Virus record (IMG/VR): IMGVR_UViG_3300030330_002885
Coordinates: 1 to 64,000 of that record
Reading direction: 5' to 3' (one strand)
Length of the DNA stretch: 64,000 nucleotides
Source of the DNA: a virus
Taxonomy: Duplodnaviria > Caudoviricetes
Every line of letters starts with the position of its first letter. Position 1 is the first letter of the stretch. This document shows, piece by piece, positions 17,868 through 27,056 of this stretch. The notes below the pieces were generated by a model that had not been told where the DNA came from, searched no databases, and saw only the letters and a program-made list of their open reading frames with translations. The position numbers were made by a program, and so were the translations under genes.

Positions 17868-19262
17868 GTGAACAAGATGACTAAATCACAAGAACTAGAA
17901 GAAAAAAGAGGTAAACTACAGAATAAACTTAATACTTTAGATGAAGTATTACCACAAGTAAAAGAAGTAGAAGACAAACTTCAACAGATAGAAACAAAGG
18001 ATAATAGAGAAGAAACAGAAGGAGTAATCAAATGGCTACAGGCACAACCATTAAGAGGCCATAGTGAATTAGTCAAAAAATATGCTAAAGATAATAATAT
18101 AAACTTAACAGAAGCAGATAAAATTCTCGATATTAAAATAAATAAATATGAAATAGAAGGTAAAGGAATACCGGACTTAATTAAAGATATGAGAAAATAC
18201 AGAAGAACTTTAAAGGGAGATAGTAAATTAGATTTTACTAAAGCAATTGATGATGTTATTGATGGTTATACAGATTATTTAAATAAATCAATTGATAAAA
18301 TTTATTGGGTTAGTAAATATCAACCTGTTCTTAAGGAAATGAATTGTAAACCTAAAGACCTTGAGAAATTAAATAAAATAAAAGACGAAGATACACGAAG
18401 GACAGTTGTAGATTGTTTATGTAAATATTGGGAAGATAAACAAGAAATAAAAGAATTATCAATTAATAAAGATTATGCTATATTATATAAGAGTATGGCT
18501 AATTCAAGAAAACAATTTAAAAAGATATTAAAAGATAGGTCTGTAACATTAACTCCAAAACAAGAAATTAAAAAATCTATTATTGATATGGTTTGTGAAA
18601 ATCCGGGAATATCAGCAAGAGAATTACATGAAGGTTTGCCTGATAAATTACACAAAAAATCTTCTACACACATTATAGCAAAGTTAGCCAAAGAAGAAAA
18701 TATAACTCATGTTGATGGTGCATACTATAAAATAAATGATGATATTAAGAAAAATATCTGGGCTTATACTGCGGCATTTATTGATTCAGATGGATATATA
18801 ACAATGGATAAAAATTATAATCCTAGAGTTGGTTTAATAGCAACAGGAGATAGAGGTAAGGCTTTCATGTTAGAAATGCATAAATCATTGGGTTGTGGTA
18901 GATTACACTTAGACCAAAAATCACCACAAGATACACGGCCCGTAAATAGGCTTAATTTTTATTCACAAGATGATGTTAGAAAACTATTAGTAAAATGTCT
19001 TCCTCATTTTAGAATGAAAAAATCAAATGCAGAATTATTATTAGAATTAATTAGAATAAAAAAAGGATTCAAGAAACAAGATTGGTATAAGGAAAGAGTT
19101 GAGGAAATATACAAATTAATGAAGTGGGAGAACCACAAGGATAATAAGAACTACGACTTTAGCCAATACGGGATAGACCCAACAACAGTTGCAAAATTAC
19201 ATGGTAATAATAAGACATCTGTAATGGATGAGTTAGAAAACATTGGAACAGTAGTGGAGTGA
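17868..19262 (+). CDS. LAGLIDADG-domain protein with long N-terminal helical region and winged HTH
   Basis: WAYTAAFIDSDGYI helix and downstream LAGLIDADG-type strands; IIDMVCENPGISARELH is wHTH-like. Confidence 0.8.
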   Translation: MNKMTKSQELEEKRGKLQNKLNTLDEVLPQVKEVEDKLQQIETKDNREETEGVIKWLQAQPLRGHSELVKKYAKDNNINLTEADKILDIKINKYEIEGKGIPDLIKDMRKYRRTLKGDSKLDFTKAIDDVIDGYTDYLNKSIDKIYWVSKYQPVLKEMNCKPKDLEKLNKIKDEDTRRTVVDCLCKYWEDKQEIKELSINKDYAILYKSMANSRKQFKKILKDRSVTLTPKQEIKKSIIDMVCENPGISARELHEGLPDKLHKKSSTHIIAKLAKEENITHVDGAYYKINDDIKKNIWAYTAAFIDSDGYITMDKNYNPRVGLIATGDRGKAFMLEMHKSLGCGRLHLDQKSPQDTRPVNRLNFYSQDDVRKLLVKCLPHFRMKKSNAELLLELIRIKKGFKKQDWYKERVEEIYKLMKWENHKDNKNYDFSQYGIDPTTVAKLHGNNKTSVMDELENIGTVVE

Positions 19263-19266
19263 TAAA

Positions 19267-20904
19267 ATGGCTGAAAGAAGAACATTTAGTATTACTAACT
19301 TGTTTAGGCGTAGTACACCTACACCTAAAGATAGAACGGTATTTAATCCGGGTATTCAAGAGAAAGATACAAGTTATATGATAACTTCGCCCGTATTATA
19401 TCATATAGCCCAACAATCTGTAATTGTTAGAAGTTGCACAACACAGTTAAAAAATGAGATATTTAGAAGAGGTTATGTTTGGGAAGAATCTTTTGCTATG
19501 AAATGTGCAAAATGTGGAAATGAACATAGTTCTCCCGTAATTCAGTGTTCAGATTGTAAAAGTACAGATTTAATTAAACCAAGAAAAGAACAACTTAAAT
19601 ATGCAGAAAAATTCTTAAAGGGATATGTAAATAGTTCTGAGCAACTATTTATAGATGTTTTAAAAGAATTAGAAGATGATTTGAATATCATGGATGATGC
19701 ATATATTATTTTAGTTAAAGAATATTATTTAGATAATACGGGAACTATTAGAATGCATAAAATAAATGAAGTCTTTAGAGGCGACCCTGTAACAATGCAT
19801 CTTTATACTGATGATAACGGAGAAAAAGGAAATACGGGTTTTACTTGTATTAAACATAGAGATGTAATTTCTGATAATCCTGTAGGACATTGTGAATTAT
19901 GCGGTGATGACCTTCATCCTATTCATTATGTGAATAGAGCAAACGGAAAAGAACAATATTATTTAGAAGGAGAAGTATTACACTTTAGTAAATATTCACC
20001 TAGTAGATTATACGGTCTTTCTCCTGTCTTAACTTTATGGAATCATATTACTACATTGCTTGCAATGGAAAATTATGTAAATTCTTCATATGCTAAAGCA
20101 AGAATGCCGAGAGGATTATTAGCAGTTCAAACAAGAAACGTAGATTCTATGAAATCCTTTTGGCGTGGTGTTAAAGAAAAGATGGAACAAGACCCACACT
20201 TCATACCTGTTATGGGAATTGAAGCAGAAAATGGTAAAGGTTCTATTGAATGGATTAAATTCTTAGATAGTCTTAAGGAAATGGATTATATTGCAGTTAA
20301 GGATGACTTAAGAGATAGAATATGTGGTTTCTATGGAGTTAGTAAAGTATTCATGGCAGATAATTCTGCTAGTGGTGGATTAAATAATGAAGGTATGCAA
20401 ATACTTGTTACTAATCGTGCAGTAGAAATGGCTCAGACTATTTGGAATAATTATGTATTTCCGTTTATTACAGAAGAATTTGGAATTACAGATTGGCGAC
20501 TTAAACTTCCACCTTCTGAAGAAGAAGATGAATTGGCTAAATTAAGACTTAGAGAAATAGAAGTGCAAATTGCCGCATCAATTAAAAATCTAGGCTTTGA
20601 AGTAGAAATGGATGATAAAGGAAGATTCACATATAAAAAGGAACAACCTATGGAACAACAAAATAAAGATTCTGATAAACCCATAGATAAAGACCCATTC
20701 GCAGGTACAAATATTGATGCTTCACAATTAGGACAATTACAGGAACAAGCGTTAAGTGGCGAAACAAGTAAGCCCCAAGAGAACCCCGCTACCACAAGAA
20801 ATAAACCATCATCCAGCACAGGGCCGGATAAGAGGTTTAGTGGTTTACCCGCAGAAGCAGGTAATAAGAATGTAGATAAAAGAACTGAAAGAAGAGTTGG
20901 TTAA
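19267..20904 (+). CDS. Portal protein with zinc-ribbon insertions
   Basis: EVLHF...LYGLSPV, ARMPRGLL and ICGFYGVS portal motifs; position after terL; CxxC pairs. Confidence 0.9.
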   Translation: MAERRTFSITNLFRRSTPTPKDRTVFNPGIQEKDTSYMITSPVLYHIAQQSVIVRSCTTQLKNEIFRRGYVWEESFAMKCAKCGNEHSSPVIQCSDCKSTDLIKPRKEQLKYAEKFLKGYVNSSEQLFIDVLKELEDDLNIMDDAYIILVKEYYLDNTGTIRMHKINEVFRGDPVTMHLYTDDNGEKGNTGFTCIKHRDVISDNPVGHCELCGDDLHPIHYVNRANGKEQYYLEGEVLHFSKYSPSRLYGLSPVLTLWNHITTLLAMENYVNSSYAKARMPRGLLAVQTRNVDSMKSFWRGVKEKMEQDPHFIPVMGIEAENGKGSIEWIKFLDSLKEMDYIAVKDDLRDRICGFYGVSKVFMADNSASGGLNNEGMQILVTNRAVEMAQTIWNNYVFPFITEEFGITDWRLKLPPSEEEDELAKLRLREIEVQIAASIKNLGFEVEMDDKGRFTYKKEQPMEQQNKDSDKPIDKDPFAGTNIDASQLGQLQEQALSGETSKPQENPATTRNKPSSSTGPDKRFSGLPAEAGNKNVDKRTERRVG

Positions 20905-20905
20905 T

Positions 20906-21121
20906 ATGACTAAAGACAAAACAGTAAGAGAACTCCAAAGGGAGTTAAAAATTGCAAAGAATAAAGAATGGAATGAAAGAAAAATTTCTTCTAATAAAAA
21001 CTTAGATTACATAGGGCCAGACCCAACATCTGTAAAGAAGGATATACCGGATATGGCAGATATTCCTGATTATGTAGGATTGCCTAAGAAGAAGAAAAGA
21101 ATGACTGAAAATAAGTGGTAA
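20906..21121 (+). CDS. Small hypothetical protein
   Basis: ORF directly after portal. Confidence 0.65.
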   Translation: MTKDKTVRELQRELKIAKNKEWNERKISSNKNLDYIGPDPTSVKKDIPDMADIPDYVGLPKKKKRMTENKW

Positions 21122-21122
21122 T

Positions 21123-23459
21123 ATGAATTTCTTTGACTTGCTCAAAAGAGAGCAAACTATCATCGAGAAAGCACCTTCTAGTGGAACATTTAAAAATTTA
21201 TTATTTGCAGAATTAGATAAAAAATCTAACAAAATAGGTAGCAGTACAGTATTAAGGCATAAATTTATGCGGAACAATTCTAGAGATACAAGTTATAATT
21301 TTCAAGTAGATTTGGTTAAAGAAACAATTAATAATGCATTGAAGAATAAAGAAGATGCTTTGTTAAATCAAAATTATAAAACAAATAGGAGAGGAGGTAA
21401 GACCTTTCCCTCTAAAAAAGAAAGAGTCAATCTTGTAGATGAAATAGGCTCAATTCAAGAAAAAACCTTAATGGAAGAAGAACTTACTATTCAATATGCA
21501 AAGTCCGAAAATAAAGATGATGCTAAATTATATTTTGATTTAGTTAAACCATTTTTAACTGAGCAACAAAAATCTGCTTATGAATCAAATTTTGAACGTA
21601 GCCCAATGTCTGTCGTAAATAGTGCGTTGAAATTTATTAATTCTATGAGCGTTCAGAATGAAATTTTGTTAAAAGGCAGTGAAGCAGGAATTAATTTATT
21701 AAAACAAGATATTGATACGGAGAAAAAGTCATTAGAAATTATCGAAGATATTATAAAGGATTTAAATAAAAAAAGAATGACTAAAAAGAATAAAGAAGAA
21801 CTATTAGGTAAAGATATAGAAAAGGTATCGAGCCAAGAAAAAATAAGTGAGTTATCAAAAACTTTAGAAGACAGTAAAAATAAACTTACTGAACTTAAGA
21901 ATGAAAAGAAACAAATTGATAAAATTTATAAAACTCTTGATGCCCAAGATAAAGAAATTGAATTTATAAAAACAAAATGGTCTGATATACCTGATAATAT
22001 AATTTCTAAAGATAGAAAAGATAAAATTAATGAAGTCGAAAAAAGAGTAAAGAAAATAGAACAAGAAATTGATAAATTACCTGATAATAAAGTATTAGAA
22101 ATAAATCAAAAATTAGAACGTAAAAATCAATTAGTTAATTTTTATCTAACTCAAAAATATAAAATTCAAAAAGAATATACTTATAGAGGTCAAAATTATA
22201 ATACCAAAGAAGAAGCATTAAGAGCGGCATCAGATGTAATTTATGGTTATATCCCTCTAGGAATCACTGATAGAAAATACAAAGATGTTCCAACAATGGG
22301 TGGTGAGTTATCTGTAAAAACAACAGGAAATCAATCAATATTAATAGATGGTTTGCAAGAATTAGACTTTAATCAGAAAATGAAAACTGTAGTTATTAAT
22401 ATAATTAGAAATGATATAGTTCCCACCAATAAACAGAAACTACCTCAACCGGAAAAAACCAAAGATAAACAAACAGAAATAATGTTAAACATATTAGAAA
22501 AATTAGATGCAAATCAAACTATTACTCCTGCGCTTATTAGAAAGGCTAAGAAAGCAAAGATATTTAAAAATAAGTATTTAATTAAATTAACAGATGGTGG
22601 AAAAACTTTGATTCCAAGAATAAGAAATTACTTATATCAACCTAGAGAAGTTAAGGGTAAAATAGTACAGGGAGAATTTGATACAACTTCATTATATGAT
22701 GAATTTGAAGATTTAGTTCGACAAAATACTAATCTAAGAGAATTACCTTCTGCTCGTAAAATTAGGAGCACTGCAAAAGCAATTCGTGGAGATAAATATA
22801 TTAAAAGCGTGTCTTCACTAGTTAAAGATATTATAGATAATAAATATGTAGTACCAGATGAAAATATAATTATGAGGCATATAGAAAATATAGATAATAA
22901 ATTATTAGAAGTAATTGAAAAATGGAATACTTTAATAGAACCTTTAGTAGAAGTATCTAACGAAAGAATGCTAACATTAACAGGTATTGATAATAAGGTT
23001 ACAGAAACTTTCCAAAACCAAGAAGAAGATAGAGATGAAATGTTAGAAGCAGAAGAACTGAGAGGTAAAATGCTTGAAAGAATTTCTAAAGAAATAAGAA
23101 GAACCTATGAAATAATAGACATGACTTTAAGAGCATTTAGACTATCCCTTCCAATATTAGAAGAATCAATTGACCAAGATATTTCACCATCATACACTGA
23201 AACTATAAATACTTTTATAACAAGATACCAAACAATATTAAGCACAAGAACAAGAGAGTTTAACGATATTGAAAAAGATTACGAAACTATTTCTAACTTG
23301 ATTCCTAGATTTGAAGAAATTTCACAAATACAAGAAATTACAAATGTAGATTATAGAAATCCAAAGGCGATAGAAGATTTAAAGGTAATACCTACATTAT
23401 TAGAAGGTGATGTTGAAGCAAACATTCGTGAAAGATTTAAGGGAGGAGAAGAAGAATGA
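21123..23459 (+). CDS. Large coiled-coil protein with Phe variant of the tag (MNFFDLLK)
   Basis: 778-aa ORF rich in K/E heptads. Confidence 0.75.
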   Translation: MNFFDLLKREQTIIEKAPSSGTFKNLLFAELDKKSNKIGSSTVLRHKFMRNNSRDTSYNFQVDLVKETINNALKNKEDALLNQNYKTNRRGGKTFPSKKERVNLVDEIGSIQEKTLMEEELTIQYAKSENKDDAKLYFDLVKPFLTEQQKSAYESNFERSPMSVVNSALKFINSMSVQNEILLKGSEAGINLLKQDIDTEKKSLEIIEDIIKDLNKKRMTKKNKEELLGKDIEKVSSQEKISELSKTLEDSKNKLTELKNEKKQIDKIYKTLDAQDKEIEFIKTKWSDIPDNIISKDRKDKINEVEKRVKKIEQEIDKLPDNKVLEINQKLERKNQLVNFYLTQKYKIQKEYTYRGQNYNTKEEALRAASDVIYGYIPLGITDRKYKDVPTMGGELSVKTTGNQSILIDGLQELDFNQKMKTVVINIIRNDIVPTNKQKLPQPEKTKDKQTEIMLNILEKLDANQTITPALIRKAKKAKIFKNKYLIKLTDGGKTLIPRIRNYLYQPREVKGKIVQGEFDTTSLYDEFEDLVRQNTNLRELPSARKIRSTAKAIRGDKYIKSVSSLVKDIIDNKYVVPDENIIMRHIENIDNKLLEVIEKWNTLIEPLVEVSNERMLTLTGIDNKVTETFQNQEEDRDEMLEAEELRGKMLERISKEIRRTYEIIDMTLRAFRLSLPILEESIDQDISPSYTETINTFITRYQTILSTRTREFNDIEKDYETISNLIPRFEEISQIQEITNVDYRNPKAIEDLKVIPTLLEGDVEANIRERFKGGEEE

Positions 23460-23779
23460 CTTGGGAAAATATATTATTAAAAGAGTATTCGCCTATTATG
23501 GAGAAAACAAATAGCAAAGTAAAGAAAAGAATTAAAAAGAAATTACAAATTTCTAAACCATCAGAATATATGGGCCAAGACTTTACTAAACTTTCAGATT
23601 TATTAGATGAGTTAGATAAAATTAATGTTGAAAAATCTGATAAAAAACAATTACAAAAACTAAAGGATAAAAATTTATCATTAGTTTCAAAGTCAGCAAA
23701 ATTAAGAAAAGACTATGAAAAATTATATAGAGAATTGAGAGATATGATATATCCAAAAAACAAAGGTGATTTAGAATGA
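23456..23779 (+). CDS. Coiled-coil protein with W-tag leader (MTWENILLK)
   Basis: First 17 nt identical to the start of ORF 465; GGAGG RBS. Confidence 0.8.
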   Translation: MTWENILLKEYSPIMEKTNSKVKKRIKKKLQISKPSEYMGQDFTKLSDLLDELDKINVEKSDKKQLQKLKDKNLSLVSKSAKLRKDYEKLYRELRDMIYPKNKGDLE

Positions 23780-24054
23780 ATTGGAAAGATGAAATGAAAA
23801 AACAAGCAGACTGTAAGGTAACAGTTTGTGATGCCATTAATTGTATGTATAATGCTAATAAGCGTTGTACTTTAGATGAAATAACAATTAACTCAAACGG
23901 TAAATGTGATTATTTTGTAGTTAGAAAGGACAACAAAATGCCCGAACCCAAATATGTTAATTTTACACCAAAAACAGTTGATAGATTAAAGAGAACTGTT
24001 AGGGAAAATCCAACTCAAGGAATAAATGAAGAATTAAATCGAAGAAGAAGGTGA
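23776..24054 (+). CDS. Cys-rich DUF1540-like protein with W-tag variant (MNWKDEMKK)
   Basis: CDAINCMYNANKRCTLDEITI...C pattern. Confidence 0.65.
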   Translation: MNWKDEMKKQADCKVTVCDAINCMYNANKRCTLDEITINSNGKCDYFVVRKDNKMPEPKYVNFTPKTVDRLKRTVRENPTQGINEELNRRRR

Positions 24055-24058
24055 TTGA

Positions 24059-24289
24059 ATGACCGAAGAAAGTGAAATGTTAATGCTCTTAAAAGAGTTA
24101 GTGGACAAGGTTAAGAAACTTGAAAGTGCAGTGTATAATGATGATAACATATTAATGAAATCAGGATTTGTTGTCGTTGATACTCCAAAGCCTAGTATAG
24201 AATCTACATCAGTGGGTTCAGATAATATATCTAAGATGGATTGGAATGAAATAAATGATATGGTTTCAAAAATGGAAGGTGGATTTTAA
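24059..24289 (+). CDS. Small protein resembling the scaffold C-terminus
   Basis: Ends MDWNEINDMVSK, compared with LSWGELHNIVNE at the end of the protease/scaffold. Confidence 0.65.
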   Translation: MTEESEMLMLLKELVDKVKKLESAVYNDDNILMKSGFVVVDTPKPSIESTSVGSDNISKMDWNEINDMVSKMEGGF

Positions 24290-24502
24290 ATGCCAGAAAA
24301 AGTAACTAAAGAAGAAAAGTTAGCAGAATTAACAATTAAGGCCGCAAAGAAGGCAATTGAGATTCTGAATGAAGAACAAGTGCCTATGAAAGAATCGGGT
24401 GTAGATATAGATGGTGAAGATGTAAAACTAAAAAGGCCTAAGAAAAAACCATCAGAAGAAAAGATTGAAAATCCTGAGGGCATTAGAGAAACAGTTGGTT
24501 AA
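24290..24502 (+). CDS. Small charged hypothetical protein
   Basis: ORF abutting the previous stop; GGTGG RBS. Confidence 0.7.
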   Translation: MPEKVTKEEKLAELTIKAAKKAIEILNEEQVPMKESGVDIDGEDVKLKRPKKKPSEEKIENPEGIRETVG

Positions 24503-24504
24503 AG

Positions 24505-27018
24505 ATGCCCACTTCTGGACTCTTTGATAAGGATAAAGGTGAGCATTTAGCGAAGCGTATCTTAGATTTTTATGAAGATATAAGATATAATTATTTATCT
24601 GCAAAAGAAGACCCAAAGAAATATGGACAAAATTGGAAAAAGGCAATAAATAAAATAAGAAATGAATATGATGATTTAGATGATTTTGCTAGAGAACTTA
24701 AGAAATATGTAGATGAAGATTTAATTCATAGTGATTCTGTTTTAAATGTTGAATCTGTTGATGCAAATAAATTATTTAAAACAATTAAAGAGTTTAGATT
24801 TAAATCTAAAGAATTAAATGACCCTTTTTCACAACAGTTAGGTGATAGAGTAATTGAAGTATTATTAGATGATGAAAGCACATATGCTAAATTTATTCAT
24901 TATGCTTTACGTTCACATGAATACCCTATTAGAAATAAATCGTGGGAAACTCATAATATAGAACCGGACACTATTACTGAAGGTGCAAAAGGTTTAGATT
25001 TAAAACCGTCTGATATACCATTATATATTATAGAACATTATGGTGATGATTCTACTGCCGATAAAAAGAGAATAAAATCAAAATACAAAGGTGCGTTATC
25101 TTTACTTAAAAAAGTATATTTAGAAGATAATGATATTGATAGTTGGAATAAACTATTAGACTTAGATATATCTAAAGAAGATACTGAAAAGTCAGAAATT
25201 GAATTTATCGTACCTAACAAACCAATGTATAGAATATTTGAAGTAAAAGATATTGAATCCTTGAAGGGTTTTACAGGAGAATGGTTAGTTCAAGAAAAAT
25301 ATGATGGGATTAGAATACAGATTCATAAAGATAAGGAATCAGTTAAAATATTTTCATATAATCAAAAAGACATTACTAATAAATGTAAAGAAGCAGTAAA
25401 AGAATTAAAGAAGAAAAAATATGGAGATATGATTCTTGATGCAGAATTAATACTGTATGATAATGATGAACCTTTACATAGAGCAGATACTATTGCTCAT
25501 CTTTTTAAGGATAAATATGAAGATGCAACATTGAAAGTTAAAGTATTCGATATAATGAATCACGAAAGTAAGTCTTTATTAGATACTCCATTAAGAGAAA
25601 GAATTAATATTTTATGGTATCAATTTACACAACATTCATCAGATGCAGTTTCATTCCCAAGTAAAAAGAATACAAGATTAGCAGATTCATTAAGTGAAAT
25701 AGAAAAATATTCTAAAGATATAATGGAATCTAAAACTTCAGAAGGTGTAGTAATTAAAGACCTTGAATCAACATATTACATTGGTACTAAAAAGAATCCA
25801 AAATGGATTAAACTGAAAAGGTTTGTTGATTTGGATTTGATTGTTTTAAATAAAAATAAAACTAAATCTAATTTATACTCTTATGTTTTGGGTGTCGGCC
25901 CTCTTTCTGCAGAAGATAGTAGAAATTATAATACTACAGATTTAGAGGGTAAAGAATATCTAAAAGTTGGGAAGGCTCTTAATACTAAAGAAAATGTAGA
26001 AATAGGTTCAATAGTTAGAGTAAAGGTTGATGAAGTTAGAAAAGTTAAAGATGGTTTTAGTTTATATTCCGCTAAAGTAATCGAAATACCAGAAGTAGAT
26101 GCATCAGATAAATTAATAACTTTAGAATTATTATCACAAGAAGGTAGAAAGACTCTCAAATATAATGTAGAAAATGCACTTAAAAAATTCTATGTTAGTG
26201 ATGGTGTTCATGGAAAAAGTGAAATTTTATTAAAATCAGATTATGATGGATATACTATTTATGGATTTAAGGGCGATGACTTAATGAATAAAAATGCAAT
26301 ATCTGATTTGGATTCTTTAAAACAAGAATTAGAAGATATACATAAAACAAAATCTTCTGATGCAAGAATAGCGATAAGAAAATTCTTAAAAGAAGAAGAC
26401 CCCGAAGATAAGAATGGTGTTCATATTGATGAAATTTTTAAGTTTTGCGTAGATAAGATACCGGAACTCACAGAAGAATTATGGGAAAATAATAAAAGAA
26501 AATTAAGGAATTGGTTAAACGACCAACATGATTTTATGCAATTAGCAAATAATAAATTTACATCTAGTAATTCTTTAATAAAAGAAGAAGAAGATAGTAA
26601 AAAGGGAACTTTTAAATTATATAAAAGAAAAGATGAAAATTTAGATTTAATTATTACTTATAAAGGTAAAGAATTAATATGGACAATTGATATAGATAAG
26701 GAAAAGGACATTTTTAACTTATTCGGCAAAGCAAATAAATATCCAGCAGAAATAGCAAGAAATAGTAATGTTGAGGATATTGTTGATAAAGGAGAAATTT
26801 TAATCGGTGTTCAAAAACATGGATATCACGAATATAAATTATTAGGTGATAAATTTGAAACTAGATTACATTTCCGTGTAGTTCCGGTTGATGAACAGAA
26901 TAAATGGTTAGCATGGACAGGTTATAAACAAACTATGTTAGATGATGAAGAAGACGAAGGTTTATGGGATATTTATAATGATAGGCATAAAAAATTAACC
27001 ATGAAATTTTCTAATTAG
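24505..27018 (+). CDS. lig: ATP-dependent DNA ligase with N- and C-terminal extensions
   Basis: Motif I EKYDG, III ILDAE, IIIa VFDIM, IV EGVVIK, V WIKLK, then an OB fold. Confidence 0.92.
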   Translation: MPTSGLFDKDKGEHLAKRILDFYEDIRYNYLSAKEDPKKYGQNWKKAINKIRNEYDDLDDFARELKKYVDEDLIHSDSVLNVESVDANKLFKTIKEFRFKSKELNDPFSQQLGDRVIEVLLDDESTYAKFIHYALRSHEYPIRNKSWETHNIEPDTITEGAKGLDLKPSDIPLYIIEHYGDDSTADKKRIKSKYKGALSLLKKVYLEDNDIDSWNKLLDLDISKEDTEKSEIEFIVPNKPMYRIFEVKDIESLKGFTGEWLVQEKYDGIRIQIHKDKESVKIFSYNQKDITNKCKEAVKELKKKKYGDMILDAELILYDNDEPLHRADTIAHLFKDKYEDATLKVKVFDIMNHESKSLLDTPLRERINILWYQFTQHSSDAVSFPSKKNTRLADSLSEIEKYSKDIMESKTSEGVVIKDLESTYYIGTKKNPKWIKLKRFVDLDLIVLNKNKTKSNLYSYVLGVGPLSAEDSRNYNTTDLEGKEYLKVGKALNTKENVEIGSIVRVKVDEVRKVKDGFSLYSAKVIEIPEVDASDKLITLELLSQEGRKTLKYNVENALKKFYVSDGVHGKSEILLKSDYDGYTIYGFKGDDLMNKNAISDLDSLKQELEDIHKTKSSDARIAIRKFLKEEDPEDKNGVHIDEIFKFCVDKIPELTEELWENNKRKLRNWLNDQHDFMQLANNKFTSSNSLIKEEEDSKKGTFKLYKRKDENLDLIITYKGKELIWTIDIDKEKDIFNLFGKANKYPAEIARNSNVEDIVDKGEILIGVQKHGYHEYKLLGDKFETRLHFRVVPVDEQNKWLAWTGYKQTMLDDEEDEGLWDIYNDRHKKLTMKFSN

Positions 27019-27025
27019 CGTGTAG

Positions 27026-27033
27026 TATAAATA
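27026..27033 (+). promoter_or_regulatory. TATA box (TATAAATA), likely promoter for the protease-capsid transcript
   Basis: Ends about 24 nt upstream of ATG 27057, consistent with an archaeal leaderless or short-leader transcript. Confidence 0.55.
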
Positions 27034-27056
27034 GTCATCAAGGAAAGTGTCGAATA

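Noticed and set aside
16423-19262. LAGLIDADG ORF as an intein or intron within terminase
   Set aside because: terL is complete with its own stop at 17862. The LAGLIDADG ORF has a separate start and no Cys/Ser...His-Asn splice motifs.
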